From: Blastocladiella emersonii ATCC 22665
Taxonomy: Eukaryota; Fungi; Blastocladiomycota
Reading direction: 5' to 3'
Assembly (NCBI GenBank): GCA_025594325.1
Contig: JANHCV010000007.1
Coordinates: 372,001-436,000, forward strand
Length of the DNA: 64,000 nt
Positions 11,735 through 22,231 of this stretch are shown piece after piece. Each line of letters opens with the position of its first letter. Positions within the stretch are counted from its first letter, which is position 1. The position numbers and the translations under genes are program-made. The notes beneath the pieces were generated by a model, which searched no databases, was not told where the DNA came from, and worked only from the letters and a program-made list of their open reading frames with translations.

Positions 11735-12787
11735 GAGCGACAGAGCTGGAGGGATGAGAGAGCGGGGATGTGTTGCGCGCTCGGCATCGCAAGTTGCTTG
11801 TGGCGACGCACCCTGATCTGGAGTTCAAGTGACGTGACACCGGTTCGAGGTATCTCTGCGAAATGATTAACGCGAAGAGACCTAACACCGTTGTCCACCG
11901 CGCGCGACTGCGTATGCGAGGCCTGGTTGATCGCCAATTCTTTCGACGAATCAACGAATCAACGATTCAGCGCAGCATGAATTGACTCAGAACTCTGGTC
12001 CTGAACCTGATCAGGTACGCGGATCACAAACTGCTGCACGAACGACAAGCGAGAGTCGCAGCGGCGTTCTCCGTTTCCGCGAGAAGGTTACTGCCCGCAC
12101 ATCAACACTCTGGCCGCGGGAGGGGCGTGGAAGCGCGGACATGGACATGCTTGATGTCGAGGCGAACGTGTTTTCGTCCGAGCGCACGGCTGGACGCACA
12201 ATACTTGCTTCATAACTGCGGTCTCGTCCAACAATGCGTGTGTATCTGGTATTCCGTGTCATCCGCATTGTGAAACATCCGCGTGAACAGGGCGAACTGG
12301 TGGCCGCGCCTGGATCGGACTTGTCTCACACGTGAGACGCGCTGCGCCACTCACGTGTACGCCGTCTCGCAGGTCGTGATCAGCCCCGAGTTTTGCCTTT
12401 CGTCGCCGCGCACTTGTGGGCGACTGCAAACTGCGTGCACTGCGCGATCCTGCCTCCCCAGTCATGTAACGCAGACATCGGAAGTCCGGTCGGTGTCACG
12501 CCGAACGGTCGCAACCTCGTGTGGCCCAGCTGTGCCCGAGCGCCGGCTAAACCCGAAACGGGGAGCGCCGATCCGAGTGCGGATGCACCACTCGCTTGCC
12601 AACGTCGCTTTATCTGGGTTACCGCAGCGCGCAGCAACGGGCCGCAGCTGCGCTTTTCACGGCGTTCCGCCTGGCGTTGTTTCGGGGAGAGCATAAAACC
12701 TGCCCGCGAGTCGCGGCTCGTCTGCGCTCCCGAAGCTCATCCTTCACTCTCCCTTCAACCTAGAGTAGAGGCGTGGCAGCACCTACG

Positions 12788-14410
12788 ATGCGTCGCACCA
12801 CCACCACACGCCCGATCCTCGCGCTCCTCGCCCTCGCCGTGGCGCTCGCCACGCTCTCGGCCGTCGAGGCTCGTCCCGCGCCGGCCGCGGCCAGCTACGG
12901 CAGCGAGACGGGCGTCGGCAACGCCTTCAACATCGATTTCTCGTGCGACAAGGACGTCAAGTCGTGCAAGCGCATCGAGAAGGCTGTCAAGGGCGCCGCC
13001 CAGCGGATCGCCAGCGAGTTCAAGTTCCGTCGCACTGTGGTACGCTTCGCCCGTTTCACCCACTCACGCTTCGAGCAAGCTCTCACCTTTATCTCCTCAC
13101 GCTTCTAGAACCTCAACATCGGTCTGTTCCAGCCGTGCGGCTCGTCGCAGCCGGATCCCGCGTGCGCGTAGTCCGAGGTCGACGGGTACGCGTACCCGAC
13201 GCAGCGCTTCCCCGTGATCCACAAGGACGACGGCGAGACGTACCTGTACCCGACGGCGGTGCTCAAGCAGCTCGACTTTGCCGCCATCGACCAGGGCAAG
13301 GTCAAGTGGCCCGCGTACGACGTGGTGGCGCGGTTCAACGCGCAGCGCGACTGGTGGTTCGCCGACGACAAGGCGGCCATGCGCCCTGACCAGCGCGACC
13401 TCGAGGCCACGGCGCTGCACGAGCTCCTGCACGGGCTCGGGTTCGGCGACGACACGCTCATGTCGTGGCAGCTTGACGCGCGTGCCCCGATCCTCCTCCC
13501 CTTTTACGACTCGACGCCGCCCAGCGTCCAGCCCGCGCCCGAGCAGTCCGAGTCCACGGACCGCCCCTTCAACCAGCAGGTCTTCTACCGCCTGACCCAG
13601 CCGACGATCTGGAGCCGGTTCCTCGTCGTCAATGGTACCTCCGTCGCCGATTTCGTCAAGCCGATTCGCGCCGCGTTTGGCGCGGTCGTCGCCGCCAAGA
13701 AGATCACGCCCACCGTCACCTCGCCCGACAACGGCTACTCGCCGCGCGCCGCCTTTGACGCCATCACGGCCGACGCGACCGCGTACAAGACCATGTCCCG
13801 CCTGTACGTCCTCGGCACGCGCCCGGGCAACCTCGAGTTCCGCGCCGGTGCGTGGCCACCGGGTTCGCCCGCCGACAAGCCGCTCACGCTCGAGACGGGT
13901 CTGCGGCCGTTCGTCCGCGGCTCGTCGGTCGTACACACGGCCGTGGCCGCCAACGCGACGGCCGACTTTATCATGACGTACAAGCCCTCGGGCCTGTCGC
14001 TCGACAAGACCATCGCCAAGGTCAAGGCGCCCAAGTCGGGCATCGGCAAGGCGACCAAGGACGCAATGCACGCCATCGGCTACACGGCGGCCGGCGCCAA
14101 GGAGTTCAAGTCGGTGGCCAAGTTTGCCGAGATTGACCCCAGGGCTCTCGTCCAGGGCGCCGTCAAGGGCAAGGCCGTGCGCGACAACACGGTATCGGTC
14201 GCGGCGAGTACCACCGGCACAGCTGCGCCCGTTCTCGCGTCGACCGCCGAGTCCGCTGCGCCGACCGAGTCGTCCTCGGCCCTCGGTCTCGGTGCCGGTG
14301 GTGTCGCTGGCGGTATCTCGGCCGCGGCCCTCGTCGCCTTTGTTGCCCGCCGCTCGCGCAAAGCGGCGACGGAGGCCGAGGATCCCGAGTACAACACGCT
14401 CAACGCGTGA
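12788..14410 (+). CDS. Secreted, C-terminally membrane-anchored HExxH zinc-metalloprotease-like protein; in-frame TAG at 13169-13171
   Basis: Signal peptide, then a phase-0 intron 13040-13108 (GTACGC..CTCAC..CTAG). Contains ATALHELLHGLGF, an S/T/A-rich stalk, a TM helix and an RRSRK stop-transfer. Exon 2 reads NLNIGLFQPCGSSQPDPACA*SEVDGYAYP in frame. Confidence 0.85.
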
Positions 14411-14579
14411 TTCACTGATATACCCTCCGTCCCTGTACCCTTAATCGAGAGATATATCCAGTCATTTTCGCCAATCTAATGACTGAGATATAGATCGAAT
14501 AGTGCGGTGACGTGGTGAGTGGCGCAACACGTTCTTCCCACGCGTCCCACTGTCTCCTCGCCGCTCCCTCGTCAGTTCT

Positions 14580-16396
14580 ATGCATGTAACCACCATAAAT
14601 CTATCCAACTTGCCGCAAAATGTTATGGAGGATGTCCTGAAGCTGATTGCACGGCCGTGCTCGTCTATCGTGGCGACTTCGCGGGAACTCGCACACGCAG
14701 GGCGTCCGACCAGTTTGATCGCGCACTGGGCCGAGCGCGTCGTCCACGACACAGCGCGCGAGGTTTATGCTAGCAAGCCACGGCAGGCCAGTAGATTTCT
14801 GTCCCCGCTCGCAATCTATCTCGAACGCCTGGTTTGCGGTCGTCGTTCAAGCCAATCCATGCCACCCAACACACTTGTGGGCGAGCTTGCGCACCCGTTC
14901 ACCGAGGCTATAGTGAAACGCTCTGTTCGAGCGGTCCGGCTCTCAGTGCACTCGGCAAAACCGTTTCCAGTCCAACTCGATGCGAGTGTGGCCTCTCGGC
15001 TAGCGCGGCTGCGCCAGCCAAGCATGCCTCGCACGGAAGGCCCGGCCATCGATGCATTGTTACTTGTCATCTTCTTTCTCTACGTCGGCGAACTCCCACG
15101 CATGCAGTCCCTGCTCGATGACCTCATCTCAGCCGACCCCTCACTACTTACACACCAAACACGGATCTCCAGCCTTGCATCGATTTTTCTCGACCAGGAA
15201 GTCCATAACTACCAATTCGTTGGCATTGGCCCCGAAAGACTTGCTACCCAAACCACGTTCGCGACCTATCTTTCCTCCCTTGCCCTAATTGAGTGGGACG
15301 CGGACGCGCTCAACCGGCTCCTTCAACCCCAATACCAAGTCGACATCGACCTTTGCGTCAAATTTGCGTGGTCGATCTCGAATACCATGCTCATTCGTCT
15401 CAACGCCGAAGGAGCTCTCGATGCCATCACGCCTCGCATAGCCCAAATCCTGGAGTTGCTCAGATCTCACGGCTGGGTTGACACTGACCTTTTGCTGGGT
15501 CAGGCATGTGCCCGCCGCTTGACGCCTGACCTCCTCAAGCATCTCTTCTCGACATACTACTCAACGATCGGGCCCCTCACCACTGACCACACCGTCCGTG
15601 AGTTCTTTATCCGCTATCTTACTTCTTGGGTCAAGGCACCGCTTGATCTCGATCTCGATCTGCTGACAGCCGCAGCAGAAATCGGGCTCGTCTCGGACAA
15701 TATGTGGGCCACGTTACTTGGTGAGTTGGCCGAGGACGCAGCATGGTGGAAAGTTGCCCAAGTCGCACAACTGCCGGGTGCAGTCCGGGACTGGGACTTC
15801 GTGCTCACCGCAAGTACGTCACTGATTTATCTAAGCCCGACGACGCACAGCGACTAACCCGTAGTAAAGCCATACTCCGTAGCCCGCGGAAGAGCGTTAG
15901 ATTCGATCGCCCGTTCCAACTCGCTGGAGAAGTGCTACCGCAGCCGTTCGACGTCTTCACAGACGAGGTCCTGGAACATGTCACCTTCTCCTCAGGTCTC
16001 CTTCCTTCGCTTCGACTCCTTCGCGAGCGCGGGGCCGAATTCCCGTCCAGCCTTGACCTCCTCCAGCACATCGAGGAGCGCGATTGGCCCAAAGAGGAGT
16101 TCACCACGAAATCCCTGGCTATCGCATCTTTACTAACTTCGGTACTCAACGACGAGGACTCAACCGAGCACGCTCTCACATTCCTTGCTGGTGACGGCGA
16201 CACCGCTGATCTGAGCACGATTCACTCCCGCGTTATGGGTCATTTCGATTGTCTCGCAACGCTCGACAACCCGGCGAACCAACGTTACGCGTCCCACGTT
16301 CTTGAAATGGTCCCACTCCATCCCCACGCGCGGGCTGGGACCAAGCCGTGGACGTACGCCGCCGACCTGATTCAGCAACGGTTTGCTGAGGTGTAG
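14580..16396 (+). CDS. Hypothetical helical protein with F-box-like N-terminus, probably one gene split over two frames
   Basis: ORF 14580..15857 starts NLSNLPQNVMEDVLKL and overlaps ORF 15743..16396. The candidate intron 15814-15864 does not restore the frame. Confidence 0.5.
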
Positions 16397-16591
16397 GAGG
16401 GACGTAAGATGGTCGCGTAATGTTAATGACTATGTCGCGTCAAATTTATATGGCCGATTCCGGTGGTGAGCTCACATTCGTTAAACCGAGGAAGTTCAGC
16501 CAGCGCTCGACGCGTACTGACGCGACTGGCGTCCGTGACACGTGATGCTACTGATCGCATTTTCGCGCCTTGATCCGAGCCGACCGACTGG

Positions 16592-16637
16592 TCCGGTCCG
16601 CTCAAGAGCGCTCCTCCGGTCCGCTCAAGAGCGCTCC
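16592..16637. repeat. Perfect 23-bp tandem duplication (TCCGGTCCGCTCAAGAGCGCTCC)x2
   Basis: Read directly. It lies just upstream of the 16678 ORF. Confidence 0.95.
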
Positions 16638-16677
16638 GCTGCACCTCCCGGTTGACGAAACCCACATTTCATGAAAT

Positions 16678-17964
16678 TTGCATGAACTTGCTGAAACCAT
16701 GAAAGTACACTCCATTATTGAACGAATCCTTGTCTTCGCCGTAAAGGCGACCGACCCGGCCGACTTGTCGTCGCTCGCCCAGTACTCCCGTGTTCTCCCG
16801 CGCTCTGCTGCGCGACTCGTGAGTCAGGCCATCGAAAAGCATGTCTCAACCCGGTTACACTTGGAATATGCGGCCGAGCACGGCCCGCCCCAACTACTGG
16901 AGCTCCGTCGGGCTTCTGGCAGCACTTGTAACCTTTCTGTGATTCGCACACATTCTCAGCGTACGCCTGATGGCAACCATCCGGCGGCGTATGCGCTGTC
17001 GGACGCGACGCTCTCTTCATCACACAAGCGGCCCCTCCCGCTGCCGTCCACCATGCTCTCGCCGTTCGACTCATCTGACGTGGCGTCGCTGCATCTGGCG
17101 AAGCGACGTGCGCTTGGAGATGCCAGTACCGTGACCTCTGCAGCTAAGCGGCTAGTGCAGTTCCAAACTTACAAGCGCAAGGTACTGGCCGAACTGCAGC
17201 TCGAGGAGGACCATCTCATGCTCGAGGTGTTCAACGAGTGGAAGCAGGTCGAGCAGCAGCGACTTGCGGCGCGAAAGCAATACGACGCTACCAAGGAGGA
17301 GTTCGACCTGCTAAGAGGCAAGGTTGAAGCGCTCAAGCGAGAGAAAGCCGAACTTGAGGCCCAGAGAAAGAAGTCCGAGCGAACGGCGCCTTGTCAGCGG
17401 GCGAGGGGACTCGAAAAACTGCAGCAGCAGACTCAGCAGCTTCTCGCGCCGCCGCAGCCGCAGAAGCAGCAGCAACATGCGACGGTCGCGTTCGCGCTTG
17501 ATAACTCGATGCAGGCGCAGCCCCGCGCGTCTCAATCGATTCCGCTGTATTTGATGCACGGAGGAGCGCCGCACATGGCGAGTGGCTCCACAAACCCGAG
17601 TCAGCAGCAGTACGCGACGGCCTCGTACATGTTCGGCTACCAGGCGCAGCCGGAGCAGCTCACGTCGCCGTCAACCTCGGTTTCCGACGCGTATCCGCAC
17701 CAGGGAGCGCGGTTCGAGCCGATCCGCGGCAGGAACACGGCGCGTCTCTCGCTGCCGCAGCAGCAACCGCATCCCGCTCCAACCTCATCTCCGCCCGACG
17801 GCTCAATGCAGGCGAATCAGCTCATTTCGTCGTCGCTCCCGCTGCCCGCGACCTATACGCACACAGGAGCGCAGCTTATTGCGAGCGGCTCCACAAACCT
17901 GCCTCAGCAGCAGCAAGATTTGTTCTCACTCATTGGCGCGGATTTCCTCAACAACTTTCGTTGA
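16678..17964 (+). CDS. Chimeric-looking protein: LRR-family N-terminal domain fused to a coiled-coil and Gln-rich region
   Basis: Residues ~8-80 (IIERILVFAVKATDPADLSSLAQYSRV) align by eye with the N-termini of the LRR genes at 2856, 20243 and 53832. The remainder is coiled-coil plus Q-rich, with an internal repeat GAxxxASGSTNxxQQQ. Confidence 0.6.
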   Translation: MHELAETMKVHSIIERILVFAVKATDPADLSSLAQYSRVLPRSAARLVSQAIEKHVSTRLHLEYAAEHGPPQLLELRRASGSTCNLSVIRTHSQRTPDGNHPAAYALSDATLSSSHKRPLPLPSTMLSPFDSSDVASLHLAKRRALGDASTVTSAAKRLVQFQTYKRKVLAELQLEEDHLMLEVFNEWKQVEQQRLAARKQYDATKEEFDLLRGKVEALKREKAELEAQRKKSERTAPCQRARGLEKLQQQTQQLLAPPQPQKQQQHATVAFALDNSMQAQPRASQSIPLYLMHGGAPHMASGSTNPSQQQYATASYMFGYQAQPEQLTSPSTSVSDAYPHQGARFEPIRGRNTARLSLPQQQPHPAPTSSPPDGSMQANQLISSSLPLPATYTHTGAQLIASGSTNLPQQQQDLFSLIGADFLNNFR

Positions 17965-18180
17965 ACGTGGTGGCAACGACGAACTCAATAGATATTCCCG
18001 TCAATTTCTGTTTTATCCTGACACGAAATAAGGAAGCAACTCTTAGCACCGCGTGCTACCATGATAGGCTCGTTTTACGCAACACCGCGGTGAGAGATTC
18101 CAGGTGACAACGGCCATGGTCACGGCCGTGGCAGACCTGGCGAACTCCCCGTTGAACACTTTGCCGAGTTCTCGCTGCCG

Positions 18181-19597
18181 TTGCGTACTCTCCTGGGCTT
18201 CAACGATGTACTAGACTGCTCAAAGCCCTCTGTGCGCCGTCCCTCGGGCGACCTGTACGCCGAGACACATCACGGCACAATCGCCTTGGGGGAAGCAACG
18301 GCACTTAACCTGAACTCAATGCGACTCACCATGGTGGGGGCGAATGTACTTTGGGCTGCTCTCGCAAGCCCCAATCAAGCTGTGGACAAAATCTCTCTTG
18401 CAATGTCGGCAGTTTCGCTCGCACTGGTTGTACAACTCGACCTCCCTGACACTTTGCAACAACGTGATCTAAGTGGACATCGGCGATGGACATTGCCTTA
18501 CTTATCGGAATAACGAAGTTGCACCTGGTCCATGGCTTCCAAAGAGCATTAAACGCCTCGATCTGAGCGATGGAAACTTTCTAGGCGGAAGTACTGCATT
18601 TTTACGGCACCTCCCCGCGTCCCTCACGGCGCTCAATGTCAGCTGCAGCCTTTGGACTGGTGATGGACTCGTTGATCTCGTCAACGGCTTGTCGCCTTCT
18701 CTCCAACGCCTCAATCTTCTGGAGGTCGATTTCACTCCCAAGGCGGCCACGGCGTTTTCAAGCTGGCTTCGTGGGAGCGCACTGGTCGAGCTTGCGTTCG
18801 GACTCGTAACGGATTCTGACGATTCCTTGCAACTGATATGTGTGTCTCTATCGCCCACTATTCGCCGCCTCCGGGTCGAGAACTCTCAACTTGTTTCTGA
18901 TAACGCGTCGGCGCTCTCGAAGGGGATGCCGCCACATTTGGAAGCCCTCAACCTTCGAGGAACTTGGATCGGACACGAATCGATTCGGGCATTAGCACCG
19001 ACTCTTCCTGCTACGTTGAAAGAGCTTGTGCTTGCTGATGGTCCAGTTGGCCAAGACGGGTGCTCAGCGCTTGCCGCTCACATGCCGCCGTGTCTTGAGA
19101 CGCTCAATTTTTCAAAAGCGGGTCTTGGCCCCACTTCCGCGGCCATCCTCGCCCGCAAACTGCCTCGAAGCCTCAAAAATCTTGACTTGAGTTACAACCG
19201 GATCGACGACGATGGGATCATAACACTTGCGAATGCGTTCCCACACCTTCTTAAGCATCTCGACTTCAGTCAAGTCGATCTGACAGGGACAGGAGCTGCA
19301 GCAATTGCTGCGGCGCTTATCCCAGCGTTACGTGTCCTAGTTCTGGACGGTAATCGCGAGCTTGGCGACGAAGGGTTGATTGTTTTCGCTGAGCGGATGC
19401 CGATTTCACTTCAGAGCCTCAGTGTTCGTGACACAGCTGTCACGCATCGCGCTTTGTTGCGCATGACAGAGCTTGCGATGCACGGCAATCTCCGCAGCCT
19501 GATCGCGAGCGACAACGACCTTGGATCCGACGATCAGGTCAATTTCGCTCTGGAGGTGCTCTTGACGAGTTACCCAGCTTGTGAGGTCGAAGTCTGA
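18181..19597 (+). pseudogene. RNI-like LRR gene lacking a start and N-terminal domain, frameshifted by a 13-bp insertion
   Basis: ORFs 18181..18513 and 18473..19597 are joined by removing 13 nt at 18481-18493, giving DLSGHCLTYRNNEVAPGPWLP (paralogue: LDLDGHCLVHRADEVPEGPWLP). Confidence 0.8.
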
Positions 19598-19744
19598 GCG
19601 CAATCGTGGCTTTGTACAGGAATTAATGGTGTGCGAAACAATTTATACGACTAAAATGGTCTGCAAATCGCACCTGAACGGCAAATGCGGGGCTTGAAAC
19701 GCCATTAATTTATGGCAGCGTCCTTCGTGGGCGGGAAGAAGGTA

Positions 19745-20062
19745 CGGATCAAGAATTTGACGAGGAGTACGATGATTACATTGTTGAGCTGGACGAGGCG
19801 AAACTAGTCATCTAATGTGGTACATTTTTCGTAAGCATCTGACTTTTATGGCCGAAGAAGAAAATGGGGAGGTTTATCGCGGGAGGTCGAGCCCGAAGTT
19901 GCTCAACTTGCGAGACGCGTCAAGGAGATCTTTACTCGTGGTTGGCAACGTGATCTGCGCGTGACGAGTGACGAGCAGGCGCTGTTCCTGCGGTATGTGA
20001 TGATGCAAATTGTCTGTGAGCCTGACCCAACGAATCGTGGACCCATCATCGCGGATTGTTAG
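19745..20062 (+). pseudogene. Relic fragments of a DUF4470-family 3' region
   Basis: Reads ...YDDYIVELDE (cf. the C-termini RIVELDE and RIVELD at 54178 and 58229) and WQRDLRVTSDEQALFLRYVMMQI (cf. ERDLRHAPTSEQTAQYLQYVLAEL). Confidence 0.45.
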
Positions 20063-20242
20063 GCGACGGACATGTGCACGTGGGCGGCGCCACTCGTGGC
20101 TCGTTCGTGACGCTCATCAGCACGTGAGTGGCACCCTTCCATGTGCGGGCTTGAGTTCGTGGTTCGTGGAATGTACAATGCTCGACTCGTCGACACCCTC
20201 ACTCATCGACTCTTCAACTCCCCTCTGGCTCCCTGAATTCAC

Positions 20243-21680
20243 ATGAACCAAATGAGTAACATCTTGCAAGGCTTTTCGAAGCCCTCCTCGGCTCTGGTTC
20301 TGCCGTGGCTGGACGTCGGCTTCGTCGTTGAAGACATTCTCGTCCGCGCCGTGTACTTGACGGCGCCCGACAACTTTGTGGCGCTTGCCAACTACGCTCG
20401 CGCAAGTCCGCCTCCAATGTTTTGACTGGCGCGTTGGTTCGGGGTTGTCGCTTCACCGAAACTGGTGCTTCCCTGTTGTCCAATTTCTATGGAAGTCTCG
20501 ACCCGAAGCCGATTCAGATCGACCTCCTGAATTCGGCCATCTCGCTTCCGACTTTCCAGCGTATTCAGATCCCGATTTCAGTGCGTATCTTGAGGCTTAA
20601 CGGAAATTGCCTTGTTCACCGCGCCGAGGAAGCGTCCATGGGTCCCTGGCTCCCCGAAACTCTTCAAATGCTTTCGCTCCGAGCTGGCCGACTCAATCGT
20701 GCGAACAGCACTTGGCTTCTTCGCTCTCTTCCAGCTTCTCTTGTTGAGCTCGACCTTGGCTATTGAAACATGCTCCCCGACGACATCATTGATGTTGCGC
20801 ACGACATTCCCAAGGGCTTGAAACAATTGAACCTGGCGACGGCCAGCTGGAGCCCAGAGGCGGCGGATGTTTATGCCGGTCAACTTCGCGACACCGCATT
20901 GCTCATTCTCGAGTTGCAGGAATGCCCGATTCCCGCCGAGCCGAGGTCTGGTCGCGCCTTGTTCTCGGCCTGCCGCCGCAACAGCGGGTGCTAAATCTTT
21001 CCAAGACTGCAATGGGACTTGCTCTTGTTAAACCTGTACCCAAGCCTTTCCCGCCTGAACTTCAGGTTCTGGATCTCAGCGGAAACAAGCTCGGTTCGAA
21101 CTGTGCGAGTCTGTTGGCTGGTGCACTTGTCGGCTCGCTTCGCTCACTTGATCTCTAGGGCAAAACGGGCATTGACGCTGCACCCATGCGCGCAATAGCA
21201 CCCCTGTTCACACTGTCGCTTCGGATCCTTAGGCTTTGTGACAAATCGCTTGGAAACGAAGGAGTCGGTGCACTGCTTGGACAGCTTCCGTGCCAGCTGA
21301 TCCAGTTTGGTCTGAGGCGCGTAGGCCTCACGTCAGCGGGGACCGGTATTTTGGCGATTGAAGAACTGGCCAAGCTAATCCCGCCATCGATGCAGAAGCT
21401 TCGCCTGGATTCCAACCAAGGGCTTGGAGACGCTGGCATCACTGCAATCGCGCGACAGCTACCCGGTTCGATTCGTTCGCTCACGATTGCCGGGGCGGGA
21501 ATGACAGTCGAATCTTTCGTGCAGTTGGCAGAGCTTGTACCGGGAAGGCTTTCTCATCTCCTCATGGATAGCCGCATACTTGAACCCTCTGAGGAAGCGG
21601 CGCGAACTGCGCATGCGGCGTTCCTGGAGCGACACCCTAACTGCAAGCTGCACATGCGATGGTGCCCTGAGACGTATTGA
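20243..21680 (+). pseudogene. Degenerate F-box-like/RNI-LRR gene, paralogue of the 52003-53847 gene
   Basis: Internal deletion after the N-terminal motif, in-frame TGA at 20764 where the paralogue has Cys, a 5-bp duplication CCGAGCCGAG near 20935 that shifts the frame, and in-frame TAG at 21156. Confidence 0.85.
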
Positions 21681-22231
21681 AATCCTCTTAAGGCCTATTT
21701 TCTTTTGAATAACTCGAATGTCCTCTCGTTACGCCGTTGCTTTAGTGGGAGCTCTCAACAATAGGACAAAGCGCTTGGATGTAAGGCTGTGGCCCCAAAC
21801 GTCCGTTTGGCCTGTCGCGTAGCTAATCATAAACTAAAACAAGCTTCGTGAAGTCAAGATAAAAAAGATAATGATTGAATTTCAACTCCATTCGTGCTTG
21901 TATATTGCATGGGTGTCAGGTGTTCTCTTGTTGCGCGGACGAGCTGTTGGCCCCAATCGATCCTGGGCGATCACAACTTCCACCCGTATGCCCCAATGGA
22001 GAACAAGACTAATGATTGTTAACGTTTCGTGCCGTGCGTGTGGGCATGAGCGTGTCGACGTCGCATGCTTCGGCCTGGCGCGTTTGATGGCGGTGATCAA
22101 CTGCACGTGAGTGGCGCTCGAGTCGCCCCGACGTATCGAAACAGGCGTCATTTTTGCCTGTATCCAGTGCGCTTCGTACTAGGTTTGTCTGGTGAATTTT
22201 TTAGGGTGCCAGATGTCGGCAGTCAATGACG

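Noticed and set aside
11820-11860. GGTTCGA motifs (also near 17711, 21093 and 55490) as tRNA T-loops
   Set aside because: No cloverleaf stems or A-box at the expected spacing.
13169-13171. Non-standard genetic code (TAG or TGA reassigned)
   Set aside because: TAG and TGA terminate several well-defined genes here (9750, 25458, 46484; 14410, 47538), and the other core genes have no internal stops.
20243-21680. RIP-like mutagenesis of the repeated genes
   Set aside because: The lesions are indels and a TGA at a Cys position rather than serial C-to-T transitions, and the 2.57-kb arms show no differences.
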